Source: Mobula hypostoma (taxonomy: Eukaryota). From it: a stretch of 64,000 nucleotides of DNA. Shown one piece after another: positions 15,001-29,233 of this stretch; positions within the stretch are counted from its first letter, which is position 1; the number at the start of each line of letters is the position of its first letter. The position numbers and the translations under genes were made by a program. Location of the stretch: the NCBI RefSeq assembly GCF_963921235.1, contig NW_026948138.1, forward strand, positions 186,001-250,000, written 5' to 3'. The notes under the pieces were generated by a model, which worked only from the letters and a program-made list of their open reading frames with translations, did not search any database and had not been told where the DNA came from.

Positions 15001-18000
15001 TCTCCCTCCCACATCCCTTCATTACACATCTCCAGACGCTGCTCCATTGTTCCTTATCTCTCCTTCCCCTGAGGGCAGGTGGCAGACCAACTGCTGATGC
15101 CACTGATGCTAGCCCAGGCCAGCAAACATCTTAATTTTATGTGTATTCTCGTAACATAACACACACCCAACCCAATGTAAATACTGACACACACCCGGGA
15201 ACCCACTGTAAATACAGGTGCACACATGGGAACCCTCTGTATATACAGGTACACACCCGGAAACCCACTGTAAATACTGACACAGGCCGAGAAACAGCAC
15301 TGTAAATACTGAAACAAGCCCGGGAACACATTGTAAATACTGACACACAGCCGGGAGCCTACTTTAAATATTGACACAGACCCGGGGGCCCAATGTCAAT
15401 ACTGACACACACCCAGGGAACCCATTGTAAATACCGATACACACTCGGGAACCCTTTGTAAATACTTACATACCCCCAGGAAAACCTCTGTAAATACTGA
15501 CACACACCCGCGAACCCACTGCAAATACTGGCAAACACCCGGGAACCCACTGTAAATACTGACACACTGCCGGGAACCCACTGTAAATACTGAAACAGGC
15601 CCGGGAACACACTGTAAATACTGACACACACCCGGGAATCCACTGTAAATACTGATACACACCACGGGATCCACTGTAAGTACAGATACACACTCAGGAA
15701 CCCTCTGTAAATACCTACATACACCCAGGAAACCCTCTGTAAATAGTAACACACACCCGGGAACCCAATGTAAATACAGGTGCACACATGGGAACCCTCT
15801 GTATATACAGGTACACACCCGGAAACCCACTGTAAATACTGACACAGGCCGAGAAACAGCACTGTAAATACTGAAACAAGCCCGGGAACACATTGTAAAT
15901 ACTGACACACAGCGGGGAGCCTACTTTAAATATTGACACAGACCCGGGGGCCCAATGTCAATACTGACACACACCCAGGGAACCCATTGTAAATACAGAG
16001 ACACACTCGGGAACCCTCTGTAAATACTTACATACCCCCAGGAAAACCTCTGTAAATACTGACACACACCCGGGAACCCACTGTAACTACTGACACACTG
16101 CCGGGAACCCACTGTAAATACTGACACAGGCCCGGGAACACACTGTAAATACTGAAACAGGCCCGGGAATACACTGTAAATATTGAAACAGGCGCGGGAA
16201 CACATTGTAAATACTGACACACGCCTGGGACCCCACTGTCAATAATGACACACACCCAGCTAACCCATTGTAAATACTGATTCAGAACAGGGGATCCACT
16301 GTAAATAGAGATACACACCCGAGAAACCGTCTGTAAGTACTTACATTCACCCGGGAAACCCTCTGTAAATACTGACACACACCCAGAAACCCACTGTAAA
16401 TACTGACACACACCTGGTAACTTACTGTAAATACTGTCACACAGCCGGAAACCCACTGTAAATACTGATACACACCATGGGATCCACTGTAAATACAGAT
16501 ACACACTCGGGAACCCTCTGTAAATACTGACACACACCGAGAAACCCACTGTAAATACTGACACACACCCGGGAACCCATGCAACTACAGGTACACACCC
16601 GGGAAACCACTGTAAATACTGGCACAGACCCAGAAATCCACTATAAATACTGATACAGGCCCAGGAGCACCCTGTAAATACTGAAACTGACCCGGGAGCA
16701 CATTGTAGATACTGACACACGGCTGGGACCCTACTGTCAATACTGACACACACCCGGGAACCCACTGTAAATACTGACACACACCTGGGAACCCAATGCA
16801 AATACAGGTACACACCCGGGAAACCACCGTAAATACTGGCACACACCCAGAAATCCACTATAAATACTGATACAGGCCCAGGAGCACCCTGTAAATACTG
16901 AAACTGACCCGGGAACACATTGTAGATACTGACACATGGCTGGGACCCTACTGTCAATACTGACACACACCCGGGAACCCACTGTAAATACTGACACACA
17001 CCCGGGAACCCAGTGTAAATACTGGCACACACCGGGGGATCCACTGTAAATACTGGAATACACCGGGGGATCCACTGTAAATACTGGCACGCACCCGGAA
17101 ACCCACTGTAAATACTGGCACACACCCGGGAACCCACAGCAATTTCTGGCACACACCCGGATATCCACTGTAAGTACTGAAACAGGCCCGGGAACACATT
17201 GTAAATACTAACACACGGCTGGGAGCCCACTTTAAAGATTGACACAGAGCTGGGGGCCCAATGTCAAAACTGACACACACCCAGAGAACCGATTGTAAAT
17301 AGACATACGCACTCGGGAACCCTCTGTAACTACTTACATACCCCCAGGAAAACCGCTGTAAATACTGACACACACCCGGGAACCCACTGCAAATACTGGC
17401 ACACACCTGGGAACCCACTGTAAATACTGACACACTGCCGGGAACCCACTGTAAATACTGACACAGGCCCAGGAACACACTGTAAATACTGAAACAGGCA
17501 GGGAACACATTGTAAATATTGAAACAGGCGGGGAACACATTGTAAATACGAACACGGCCCGGGAACACACTGTAAATACTGAAACAGGCCTGGGAACACA
17601 CTGTAAATACTGAAACAGGCGGGGAACACATTGTAAATACTGACACACACCTGGGACCCCACTGTCAATACTGACACACACCCAGGTAACCCATTGTAAA
17701 TACTGATACACACCACGGGATCCACTGTAAATACAGATACACATCCAGGAACCGTCTGTAAATACTTACATACACCCGGGAAACCCTCTGTAAATACTGA
17801 CACACACCCACAAACCCACTGTAAATACTGACACACACCGGGCAACCCACTGTAAATACTGTCACACACCCGGAAACCCACTGTATATACTGATACAGAC
17901 CCAGAAACACCACTGTACATACTGAAAAAGGTCCAGGAACACATTGTAAATACTGATACACACTCGGGAACCCTCTGTAAATACATACATACACTCGGGA

Positions 18001-21000
18001 AACCCTCTGTATATACTGTCACACACCCGGAAACCCACTGTAAATAGTGATACACACCATGGGATCCACAGTAAACACAGATACACACGCGGAAACCCAC
18101 TGTAAATACTGACACACACCGGAGAACACACCGTAAATGCTGACACACACCCGGGAACCCACTGTAAATACTGACACTCACCAGGGGATCCACTGTAAAT
18201 ACAGATACACACTCGGGAACCCTCTGTAAATACCGACACAGGCGCGGGAACAAACTGTAAATACTGAAACAGGCCCGGGAACATATTCTAAATACTGACA
18301 CACGCCTGGGACCCCACTGTCAATACTGACACACACCCGGGAACCCATTGTAAATACTGACACACACCCAGGGACCCACTGTGAATATTGACACACAGCC
18401 GGAAAACCACTGTAAATACTGACACACACCTGGGAATCCACTGTAAATACTGTCACACAGCCGGAAACCTACAGTAAATATTGATACACACCATGGGATC
18501 TACTGTAAACACAGATACACACGTGGGAACCCACTGTAAATACTGACACGCACTGGGGAACACACTGTAAATGCTGACACACACCCGGGAACCCACTGTA
18601 AATACAAACACACACCCGGGAACTCACTGTAAATACTGTCAAACCCCACCCCCTCGGGAACCCACTGTAAATACTGACAAAGGCCCGGGAACCCACTGTA
18701 AGTACTGACACAGGCCCGGGAACAAACTGTAAATACTGACACAGGCCCGGGAACAAACTGTAAATACTGAAACAGGCCCGAGAACACATTGTAAATACTG
18801 ACACACACCGCGGGATCCACCATAAATACGGATACACACTCGGGAACCCTCTGTAAATACTTACATACACCCAGGAAACCATCTGTAAATACTGACACAC
18901 ACCACAGGATACACTGTAAATACAGATACACACCCGGGAACCCACAGTAAATAATGTCACAGGCCCAAGAACACATCGTGAATAATGACACACACCCGGG
19001 AACCCACTGTAAATACTGGCACACACCGCGGGATCCACTATAAACACAGATACACACCCGGGAACCCACTGTAAATTCTGACACGGACCCAGAAACACCA
19101 CTGTACATACTGAAAAAGGCCCAAGAACACATTGTAAATACTGATACATAGCCGGGAGCCCAGTTTAAATATTGACACAGTCCCGGGGGCCCAATTTCAA
19201 TACTGACACACACCCAGGGAACCCATTGTAAATACAGATACACACTCGGGAACCCTCTGTAAATACTTACATACACTCGGGAAACCCTCTGTAAATACTG
19301 TCACACACCCGGAAACCCACTGTAAATAGTGATACACAGCATGGGATCCACAGTAAACACAGATACACACGCGGGAACCCAATGTAAATACTGACACACA
19401 CCGGGGAACACACTGTAAATGCTGACACACACCCGGGAACCCACTGTAAATACTGACACACACTAGGGGATCCATTGTAAATACTGATACACACCATGGG
19501 ATCCATTGTAAACACAGATACACACCCAGGACCCTCTGTAAATACTGACACACACCAGGGAACCCACTGTAAATACTGTCACAGGCCCGCGAACACATTG
19601 TAAATACTGACACACACCCGCGAACCCACTGCAAATACTGGCACACACCCGGGAACCCACTGTAAATACTGGCACACACCCGGGAACCCACTGCAAATAC
19701 TGGCACACACCCGGGAACCCACTGTAAATACTGACACACTGCCAGGAACGCACTGTCAATACTGGCACACAGCCAGGTAATCCATTGTAAATACTGACAC
19801 ACACCCAGGAACCCACTGTAAATACTGACACACACCATAGAATCCACTGTAAGTACAGATACACACTCAGGGACCCTCTGTAAATACCTACATACACCCA
19901 GGAAACCCTCTGTAAATAGTAACACACACCCGGGAACCCAATGTAAATGCTGACACACACCCGGGAACCCACTATAAATACAGGTGCACACATGGGAACC
20001 CTCTGTATATACAGGTACACACCCGGAAACCCACTGTAAATACAGACACAGGCCGAGAAACAGCACTGTAAATACTGAAACAAGCCCGGGAACACATTGT
20101 AAATACTGACACACAGCCGGGAGCCTACTTTAAATATTGACACAGACCCGGGGGCCCAATGTCAATACTGACACACACCCAGGGAACCCATTGTAAATAT
20201 AGATACACACTCGGGAACCCTCTGTAAATACTTACATACCCCCAGGAAAACCTCTGTAAACACTGACACACACCCGCGAACCCACTGTAAATACTGGCAC
20301 ACACCCGGGAACCCACTGTAAATACTGACACACACCCAGGGACCCACTGTGAATATTGACACACAGCCGGAAACCTACAGTAAATATTGATACACACCAT
20401 GGGATCTACTGTAAACACAGATACACACGTGGGAACCCACTGTAAATACTGACACAGGCGCGGGAACACACTGTAAATACTGAAACAGGCCCGGGAACAT
20501 ATTCTAAATACTGACACACGCCCGGGACCCCACTGTCAATACCGACACACACCCGCGAACCCATTGTAAATACTGACACACACCCAGGGACCCACTGTGA
20601 ATATTGACACACAGCCGGAAAACCATGTAAATACTGACACACACCTGGGAACCCACTGTAAATACTGTCACACAGCCGGAAACCTACAGTAAATATTGAT
20701 ACACACCATGGGATCTACTGTAAACACAGATACACACGTGGGAACCCACTGTAAATACTGACACGCACTGGGGAACACACTGTAAATACTGACACACATC
20801 CGGGAAACCACTGTGAATACTGACACACACAAGGGGATCCACTGTAAATACTGATACACACCATGGGATCGACTGTAAACACAGATAAACACCCAGCAAC
20901 CCTCTGTAAATACTGGCACACTCCCTGGAACCCACTGTAAATACAAACACACACCCGGGAACTCACTGTAAATACTGAAACAGGCCCGGGAACATATTGT

Positions 21001-24000
21001 AAATACTGACACATGCCCGGGACCCCACTGTCAATACTGACACACACCCAGGGAAACCGCTATAAATACTGACACACACCCAGGAACCGACTGCAAATAC
21101 TGATACACACCACGGGATCCACTGCAAATACAGATACACACCAGAGAACTGTCTGTAAATACTTAAATACACCCGCGAACCCACTGTAAATACTGACACA
21201 CGCCCGGGACCCCACTGTCAATACTGACACACAGCCAGATAATCCATTGTAAATATAGAGACACACTCGGGAACCCTCTGTAAGTACTTACATACCCCCA
21301 GGAAAACCTCTGTAAATACTGACACAGACCCGCGAACCCACTGCAAATACTGGCACACACCTGGGAACCCACTGTAAATACTGACACACACCCAGGGACC
21401 CACTGTGAATATTGACACACAGCCGGAAAACCACTGTAAATACTGACACACACCTGGGAACCCACTGTAAATACTGTCACACAGCCGGAAACCTAGAGTA
21501 AATATTGATACACACCATGGGATCTACTGTAAACACAGATACACACGTGGGAACCCACTGTAAATACTGACATGCACTGGGGAACACACTGTAAATGCTG
21601 ACACACACCCGGGAACCCACTGTAAATACTGACACACACAAGGGGATCCACTGTAAATACTGATACACACCATGGGATCGACTGTAAACACAGATACACA
21701 CCCAGCAACCCTCTGTAAATACTGGCACACTCCCTGGAACCCACTGTAAATACAAACACACACCCGGGAACTCACTGTAAATACTGTCAAACCCCACCCC
21801 CTCGAGAACCCACTGTAATTACTGACACAGGCCCGGGAACCCACTGTGAATACTGACACAGGCCCGGGAACCCACTGTAAATACTGACACAGGCCCGCGA
21901 ACCCACTGTAAATACTGACACACGCCCGGGACCCCACTGTCAATACTGACACACAGCCAGGTAATCCATTGTAAATACTGACACACACCCAGGAACCCAC
22001 TGTAAATACTGACACACACCATAGAATCCACTGTAAGTAGAGCTACACACTCAGGAACCCTCTGTAAATACCTACATACACCCAAGAAAACCCCTGTAAA
22101 TACTGACACACACCCGCGAACCCACTGTAAATACTGACACACTGCTGGTAACACACTGTAAATACTGACACAGGCACGGGAACACACTGTAAATACTGAA
22201 ACAGGCCGAGGAATACACTGTAAATATTGAAACAGGTGCGGGAACACACTGTAAATACTGACACACGCCTGGGACCCCACTGTCAATAATGACACACACC
22301 CAGCTAACCCATTATAAATACTGATACACACCACGGGATCCACTGCAAATACAGATACACACCCGGGAACCGTCTGTAAATACTTACATACACCCGGGAA
22401 ACCCTTTGTAAATACTGACACACACCCAGAAACCCACTGTAAATACTGACACACACCTGGTAACTTACTGTAAATACTGTCACACACCCGGAAACCCACT
22501 GTAAATACTGATACACACCATGGGATCCACCGTAAATACAGATACACACTCGGAAACCCTCTGTAAATACTGACACACACCGAGAAACCCACTGTAAATA
22601 ATGACACACACCTGGGAACCCACTGTAAATACTGACACACACCTGGGAACCCAATGCAAATACAGGTACACACCCGGGAAACCACTGTAAATACTGGCAC
22701 ACACCCAGAAATCCACTATAAATACTGATACAGGCCCAGGAGCACCCTGTAAATCCTGAAACTGGCCCAGGAACACATTGTATATACTGACACACGCCTG
22801 GGACCCCACTGTCAATACTGACACAAGCCCGAGAACACATTGTAAATACTGATACACACTGGAACACACTGTAAATACTGGCACACACCCGGGAACCCAC
22901 TGTAAATATTGACACAGGCCCGGGAACACACTGTGAATACTGAAACAGGCCCGAGAACACATTGTAAATACTGACACACACCGCGGGATCCACCGTAAAT
23001 ACAGATACACACTCGGGAACCCTCTGTAAAGACTTAGATACGCCCAGGAAACCCTCTGTAAATCATGACACACACCGAGAAACCCACTGTAAATACTGAC
23101 ACACACCCGGGAACCCACTGTAAATACTGACAGACACAAGGGGATCCACTGTAAATACTGATACACAACATGGGATCGACTGTAAACACAGATACACACC
23201 CAGCAACCTACTGTAAATACTGGCACACTCCCTGGAACCCACTGTAAATACAAACACACACCCGAGAACTCACTGTAAATACTGTCAAACCCCAACCCCT
23301 CGGGAACCCACTGTAAGTACCGACACAGGCCCGGGAACCCACTGTAAATACTGACACAGGCCCGGGAACAAATTGTAAATACTGAAACAGGCCCGGGAAC
23401 ATATTGTAAATACTGACACACAGCCGGGAGCCCACTTTAAGTATTGACACAGACCAGGGGGCCCAATGTCAAAACTGAGACACACCCAGGGAACCCATTG
23501 TAAATATAGATACACACTCGGGAACCCTTTGTATATACTTACATACCCCCAGGAAAACCGCTGTAAATACTGACACACACCCGCGAACCCACTGCAAATA
23601 CTGGCACACACCCGGGAACCCACTGTAAATACTGACACACTGCCGGGAACCCACTGTAAATACTGACACAGGCCCGGGAACACACTGTAAATACTGAAAC
23701 AGGCGGGGAACACATTGTAAATACTGAAACAGGCGGGGAACACATTGTACATACTGACACGGCCCAGGAACACACTGTAAATACTGAAACAGGCCCGGGA
23801 ACACATTGTAAATACTGACACATGGCCGGGAGCCCACTTTAAAGATTGACACAGAGCCGGGGGCCCAATGTCAATACTGACACACACCCATAGAACCGAT
23901 TGTAAATACAGATACACACCCGGGAACCAACTGTAAATACTGGCACACACCGCGGGATCCACTGTAAACACAGATACACACTTGGGAACCCACTGTAAAT

Positions 24001-26511
24001 ACTTATATTCACCCTGGGAAACCTCTGTAAATACTGGCACACACCGCAGGACCCACTGTAAATACAGATACACACCCGGGAACCCTCTGTAAATACTTAA
24101 TACACCTGGGAAACCCTCTGTAAATACTGACACACACCCAGTTAACCCATTGTAAATACTGATACACACCACAGGATCCACTGGAAATACAGATACACAC
24201 CCGGGAACCCTCTGTAAATAATGAAACAGGCCCGGGAACACATTGTAAATACTGACACACAGCCGGGAGCCCACTTTAAATATTGCCACAGTCCCAGGGG
24301 CCCAATGTCAATACTGACACGCACCCAGGGAACCCATTGTAAATACAGATACACACTCGGGAACCCTCTGTAAATACGTACATACACCCATGAAAACCTC
24401 TGTAAATACTGACACACACCCGGGAACACACTGTAAATACTGGCACACACCCAGGAATCCACTGTAAATACTGGCTCACACCCAGGAACACTCTGTAAAT
24501 ACTGGCACACACCCGGGAACCCACTGTAAATACTGAAACAGGCCCGGGAACACATTGTAAATACTGACACACACCCGGAAATCCACTGTAAATACTGATA
24601 CAGGCCCAGGATCACCCTGTAAGTACTGAAACTGGCCCGGGAACACATTGTAGATACTGACACATGGCCGGGAGCCCACTTTAAAGATTGACACAGACCT
24701 GGGGGCCCAATGTCAATACTGACACACACGCAGAGAACCCATTGTAAATACAGATACACACTCGGGAACCCTCTGTAAATACTTACACACACCCAGGAAA
24801 CCCTCTGTAAGTACTGACACACACCAGGGAACCCAATGTAAATACTGTCACACATCCGGGAACCCACTGTAAATATTGACACACACCCGGAAACCCACTG
24901 TAAATACTGATACACACCATGGGATCCACTGTAAACACAGATACACACCCGGGAACCCTCTGTAAATACTTACACACACCCAGGAAACCCTCTGTAAATA
25001 CTGACACACACCCGGGAACCCACTGTAAATACTGACACACACCTGGGGACCCACTGTGAATACTGATACACACCATGGGATCCACTGTAAAGACAGATAC
25101 ACACCCGGTAACCCTCTGTAAATACTTACACACACCCAGGAAACCCTCTGTAAATACTGACACACACCCGGAAAACCACTGTAAATACCGACACAGGCCC
25201 AGGAACACACTCTAAATACTGAAACAGGCCCGGGAACATATTGTAAATACTGACACACGCCTGGGACCCTACTGTCATTACTGACACACACCCAGGTAAC
25301 CCATTGTAAATACTGATACACACCACGGGATCCACTGTAAAGACAGATACACACCAAGGAAATCTCTGTAAATATTTACACACATCGGTAAAACCCTCTG
25401 TAAATACTGACACATGCCCGGGAACCCACTGTAAATACTGACACACACTGGAACCCACTGTAAATACTGACAGACACCCAGGAACCCACTGTAAATACTG
25501 TCACACACCCAAGGACCCACTATGAATATTGACACATACCCGGAAACCCACTATAAATACTGTCACACACCCGGGAAACCACTGTAAATACTGACACACA
25601 CCCGGGGACCCACTGTGAATATTGATACACACCCAGAAAACAACTGTAAATACTGACACAGGCCCGGGAACACACTGTAAGTACTGAAACAAGCCCGGGA
25701 AAACATTGTAAATACTGACACACGGCCCGGACCCCACTGTCAATACTGACACACACCCAGGTAATCCATTGTAAATACTGACACACACCCAGGAACCCAC
25801 TGTAAATACTGACACACATCCGGGAACCCACTGTAAATACTGACACACACCACGGAATCCACTGTAAATACAGATACACACTCAGGAACCCTCTGTAAAT
25901 ACTTACATACAACCGGGAAACCCTCTGTAAATACTAACACACACCCGGGAACCCACTGTAAACACTACACACACCACGGAACCACTGTAAATACAGATAC
26001 ACACTCGAGAACCCTCTGTAAATACTTACATGCACCCGGGAAACCCTCTGTAAATACTGACACACGCCTGGGACCCCACTGTCAATACTGACACACACCC
26101 AGGTAAACCATTGTAAATACTGATACACACCACGGGATCCACTGTAAATACAGATACACACCAGGGAAATCTCTGTAAATACTTACACACATCGGTAAAA
26201 CCCTCTATAAATACTGACACATGCCCGAGAACCCACTGTCAATACTGACACACACTGGAACCCACTGTAAATAATGGCACACACCCAGGAACCCACTGCA
26301 AATAATGGCACACACCCGAGAACCCACTGTAAATACTGACACAGGGCCAGAAAAAGCGCTGTAAATACTGCAACAGGCCCGGGAACACATTGTAAATACT
26401 GACACACAGTCGGGAGCCCACTTTAAATATTGACACAGACCCGGGAGCCCAATGTCAATACTGACACACACCCTGGAAACCCATTGTAAATACAGATACA
26501 CACTCGGGAAC
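1..26511. repeat. Degenerate ~31-bp tandem satellite array, interrupted once by a solo LTR at 14311-15156
   Basis: Continuous head-to-tail 30-32 bp units with conserved TGTAAATACTGACACA core and variable CCCGGGAACC part. Last unit ends at ...cactcgggaac near 26511, where CR1 sequence begins. About 800 units, estimated from length divided by unit size. Confidence 0.97.
14311..15156 (-). mobile_element. Solo LTR (846 bp) of an LTR retrotransposon inserted in the satellite
   Basis: TG...CA ends with 7-bp terminal inverted repeat TGTTACG/CGTAACA. 4-bp TSD TAAC (14307-14310, 15157-15160). AATAAA on the minus strand near 14395-14400 gives the orientation. No coding domains. Confidence 0.88.
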
Positions 26512-27105
26512 CTATTAATGTCGTGCTGTAACCTCTGACAGCCCTCCACACTATCCACAACACCCCCAATCGTTGTGTCATCAGCAAATTTACTAACTCA
26601 TCCCTTCACTTCCTCATCCACGTCATTTATTAAAATCACAAAGAGTAGGGGTCCCAGAACAGATCCCTGAGGCACACCACTAGTCACTCTCCTCCATGTA
26701 GAATATGACCCATCTACAACAACTCTTTGCCTTCTGTGGGCAAGCCAGTTCTGGATCCACAAAGCAATGTTCCCTTGGATACTATGCCTCCTTACTTTCT
26801 CAATAAGCCTCGCATCGGGTACCTTATCAAATGCCTTGCTAAAATCCATATACACTACATCTACGGCTCTACCTTCATCAATGTGTTTAGTCACATCCTC
26901 AAAAAATTCAATCTGCGTCGTAAGGCACAACGTGCCTTTTCAAAGCCATGTTGACTATTCCTAATCATATTGTGCCTCTCCAAATATTCATAAATCCTGC
27001 CTCTCAGGATCCTCTCCATCAACTTACCAACCACTGAATTAAGACTCACTGGTCCATAATTTCCTGGGCTATCTCTACTCCCTTTTTTGAACAAGGGAAC
27101 AACAT

Positions 27106-27762
27106 CCCTTATAGGGTGATAGGAATAGGCAGGAAGAGAGAGAGAGCAGCGCGCCACGCGTGCACAGCCCTCCAGCGAAAAATGAAATCATATCCGTTAA
27201 ATAGGGGCCGTGGACAATAATGATAATAATGATTTGATGGAGACAGACGTGAAAGCACAGAGGAACATCTGGAGAAATTTCTGAAACGCCAGTTCGCTGC
27301 TGTTGCTACTGCGCGGTCGGGAACATTCCAGAGGGAAGGCCTCAAAATCCCCAGCTTTGCCTGCTGTTGGTGACCGAGATTGAGGTCGAATCGTTCGGAC
27401 AGAGATGACGCACAGTACTCGGTGTCGGAGAGCTGATCGGAGGCTCGAAGTTTTCTGATGACTTAAGAGTCAGACTGTGGTCAGGCATGGCAAGGAGAGT
27501 TTTTCTTCCTTCTCCCGTCTGCGTGAGATGTGGGACACTTGAGGGACTTTGAACTTTTTACTGTGCTCATGGACTTCTTCATCAAGTTATGGTATTGTTG
27601 CACTGTTGTAACTATATGTTATAATTATGTGGTTTTTGTTAGTTTTTTCAGTCTTGGTCTGTCCTACGTTTTGTGATATCACACCGGAGGAAATATTGTA
27701 TCATTTCTTAATGCATGCATTACTAAATGACAATAAAAGAGGACTGCGTTTCTTCATAATCT
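27106..27762 (+). mobile_element. Non-autonomous SINE-like retroposon inserted in CR1
   Basis: 657-bp non-coding insert flanked by AACAT duplication (27101-27105, 27763-27767). CR1 sequence resumes across it. 3' end AATGACAATAAA...CATAATCT resembles non-LTR 3' tails. Confidence 0.7.
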
Positions 27763-28393
27763 AACATACGCAACCTTCCAATCCTCAGGAACCTCTCCCG
27801 ACCTCATTGATGATGCAAACATCATCGCCAGAGGCTCAGCAATCTTCACCCTGGCTTCGCACAGTCCCAGTGACTTATCCAACTTGATGCTTTCCAAAAG
27901 CGGCAGCACATCCTCTTTCTTAGTATCTACATACTCAGGCTTTTCAGTCTGCTGCAAGTCATCCCAACAATAACCAAGATCCTTTTCCGTCATGAATACT
28001 GAAGCAAAGCATTCATTAAGTACCTCTGCCATCTCCTCCGGTGCCATACACACTTTTCCACTGTCACGCTTGATTGGTCCTATTCTCCCACATCTTATCC
28101 TCTTGCTCTTCACATACTTGTAGCATGCTTTGGGGTTTTCCTTAATCCTGTCCGTCAAGGCCTTCTCATGGCCCCTTCTAGCTCTCCTAGTTTCATTCAT
28201 AATCTCCGTCCTGCTAGCCTTATAATCTTCTAGATCTCTATCATGCCCTAGTTTTTTGAACCTTTCGTAAGCTCTTCTTCTCTTCACTATATTTACAACA
28301 GCCTTTGTACACCATGGTTCCTGTACCCTACCATTCTTTCCCTGTCTTATTGGAACATACGGACACAGATCCCCACGCAAGTATACCCTGAAC

Positions 28394-29233
28394 TGTCATG
28401 GTCTGGATTGGGTTCCTTTAAATTTACTTTGTTTGTGTAACGATCCGGACCATTGATTCCATATTTCCCTTTGGTTCCCCGTTTTCCCGTGTCCCTCGGA
28501 CTTTGTAATTAGAGGCAATTTACTCTCGGCTGAACCGGCAGTTTATAAGTCTCCGGCTTTCAGCCGTTCGGTGTGAGAGCGTTATGAAGTCACCAAAGGT
28601 ACTGCGAGCCAATGTCATCTGACCGGCCAAGCCTAGTCTCCTCCCGAAGCAAGTGCTAGCAAGCCGCCTTCCCTTGCCAGAGCGGGTCAATCAAAGTTAA
28701 CCCGTTGGGATGAGTAAAGAGCTCGCCGCTGCTTGGGGCGTACTTGTGCCCAGTTATAGTACTGTCCATTGTTGTGTGGTCTCTGTATCCATGTCCTACG
28801 TCTAAAAGGGGTCCCAGCCCTGTACCGTGGAAGGGTCCTGACCCTGTGTCAAGTCGAGTCCAGACTCCATCCTGTATCTAAGGAGGATTCCTGACTCAGT
28901 TTTTTATGTCCTGTGTCTGAGTCTGTCCAATGAATAAGAAGAGTCCCGACTCCGTCCTGTGTCTAAGGAGGATTCCCGGCTCAATGTTTTATGTCCTGTG
29001 TCTGAGTCTGTCCCGTGAATAAGAAGAATTCCTGGCTGTGGAGGCTTCAGGGAGCAAGCCCTGGCCCAGACCATTATTCCCAGCCTAGTCCAGTGCCTGA
29101 GTCCTTGACTATTACGCTATTCCCGCTCCTGCGTTGCTCTCCTTGTAATGAGCAATGAACTTAATTTAGTTAACCTCACAAGACATGTTTGTGTCTTGCA
29201 TTTGGGTCCACCCTTGCTCCCCACCTTGTGACA
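28394..29233 (+). mobile_element. Solo LTR (840 bp, Gypsy-like)
   Basis: TGTCA...TGACA termini. 5-bp TSD TGAAC (28389-28393, 29234-29238). Internal 85-bp tandem duplication (28863-29032). CR1 continues on both sides. Confidence 0.85.

Noticed and set aside
14540-15134. ORFs within the solo LTR
   Set aside because: No gag, pol or env motifs; they lie wholly inside LTR sequence.
1-26511. CRISPR array or repeat-spacer system
   Set aside because: The variable parts are short, homologous to each other and reused. There are no unique spacers or cas genes, and the context is vertebrate.
1-26511. CACTGTA as V(D)J RSS heptamers; GGGAA as NF-kB, STAT or RBPJ sites
   Set aside because: No nonamer at 12 or 23 bp spacing. 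The other motifs are partial and fall in the most variable part of the unit.
152-26558. Long minus-strand ORFs as Cys-rich protein genes
   Set aside because: The unit is not a multiple of 3, all three frames overlap and interconvert, and there is no frame preservation or gene structure.
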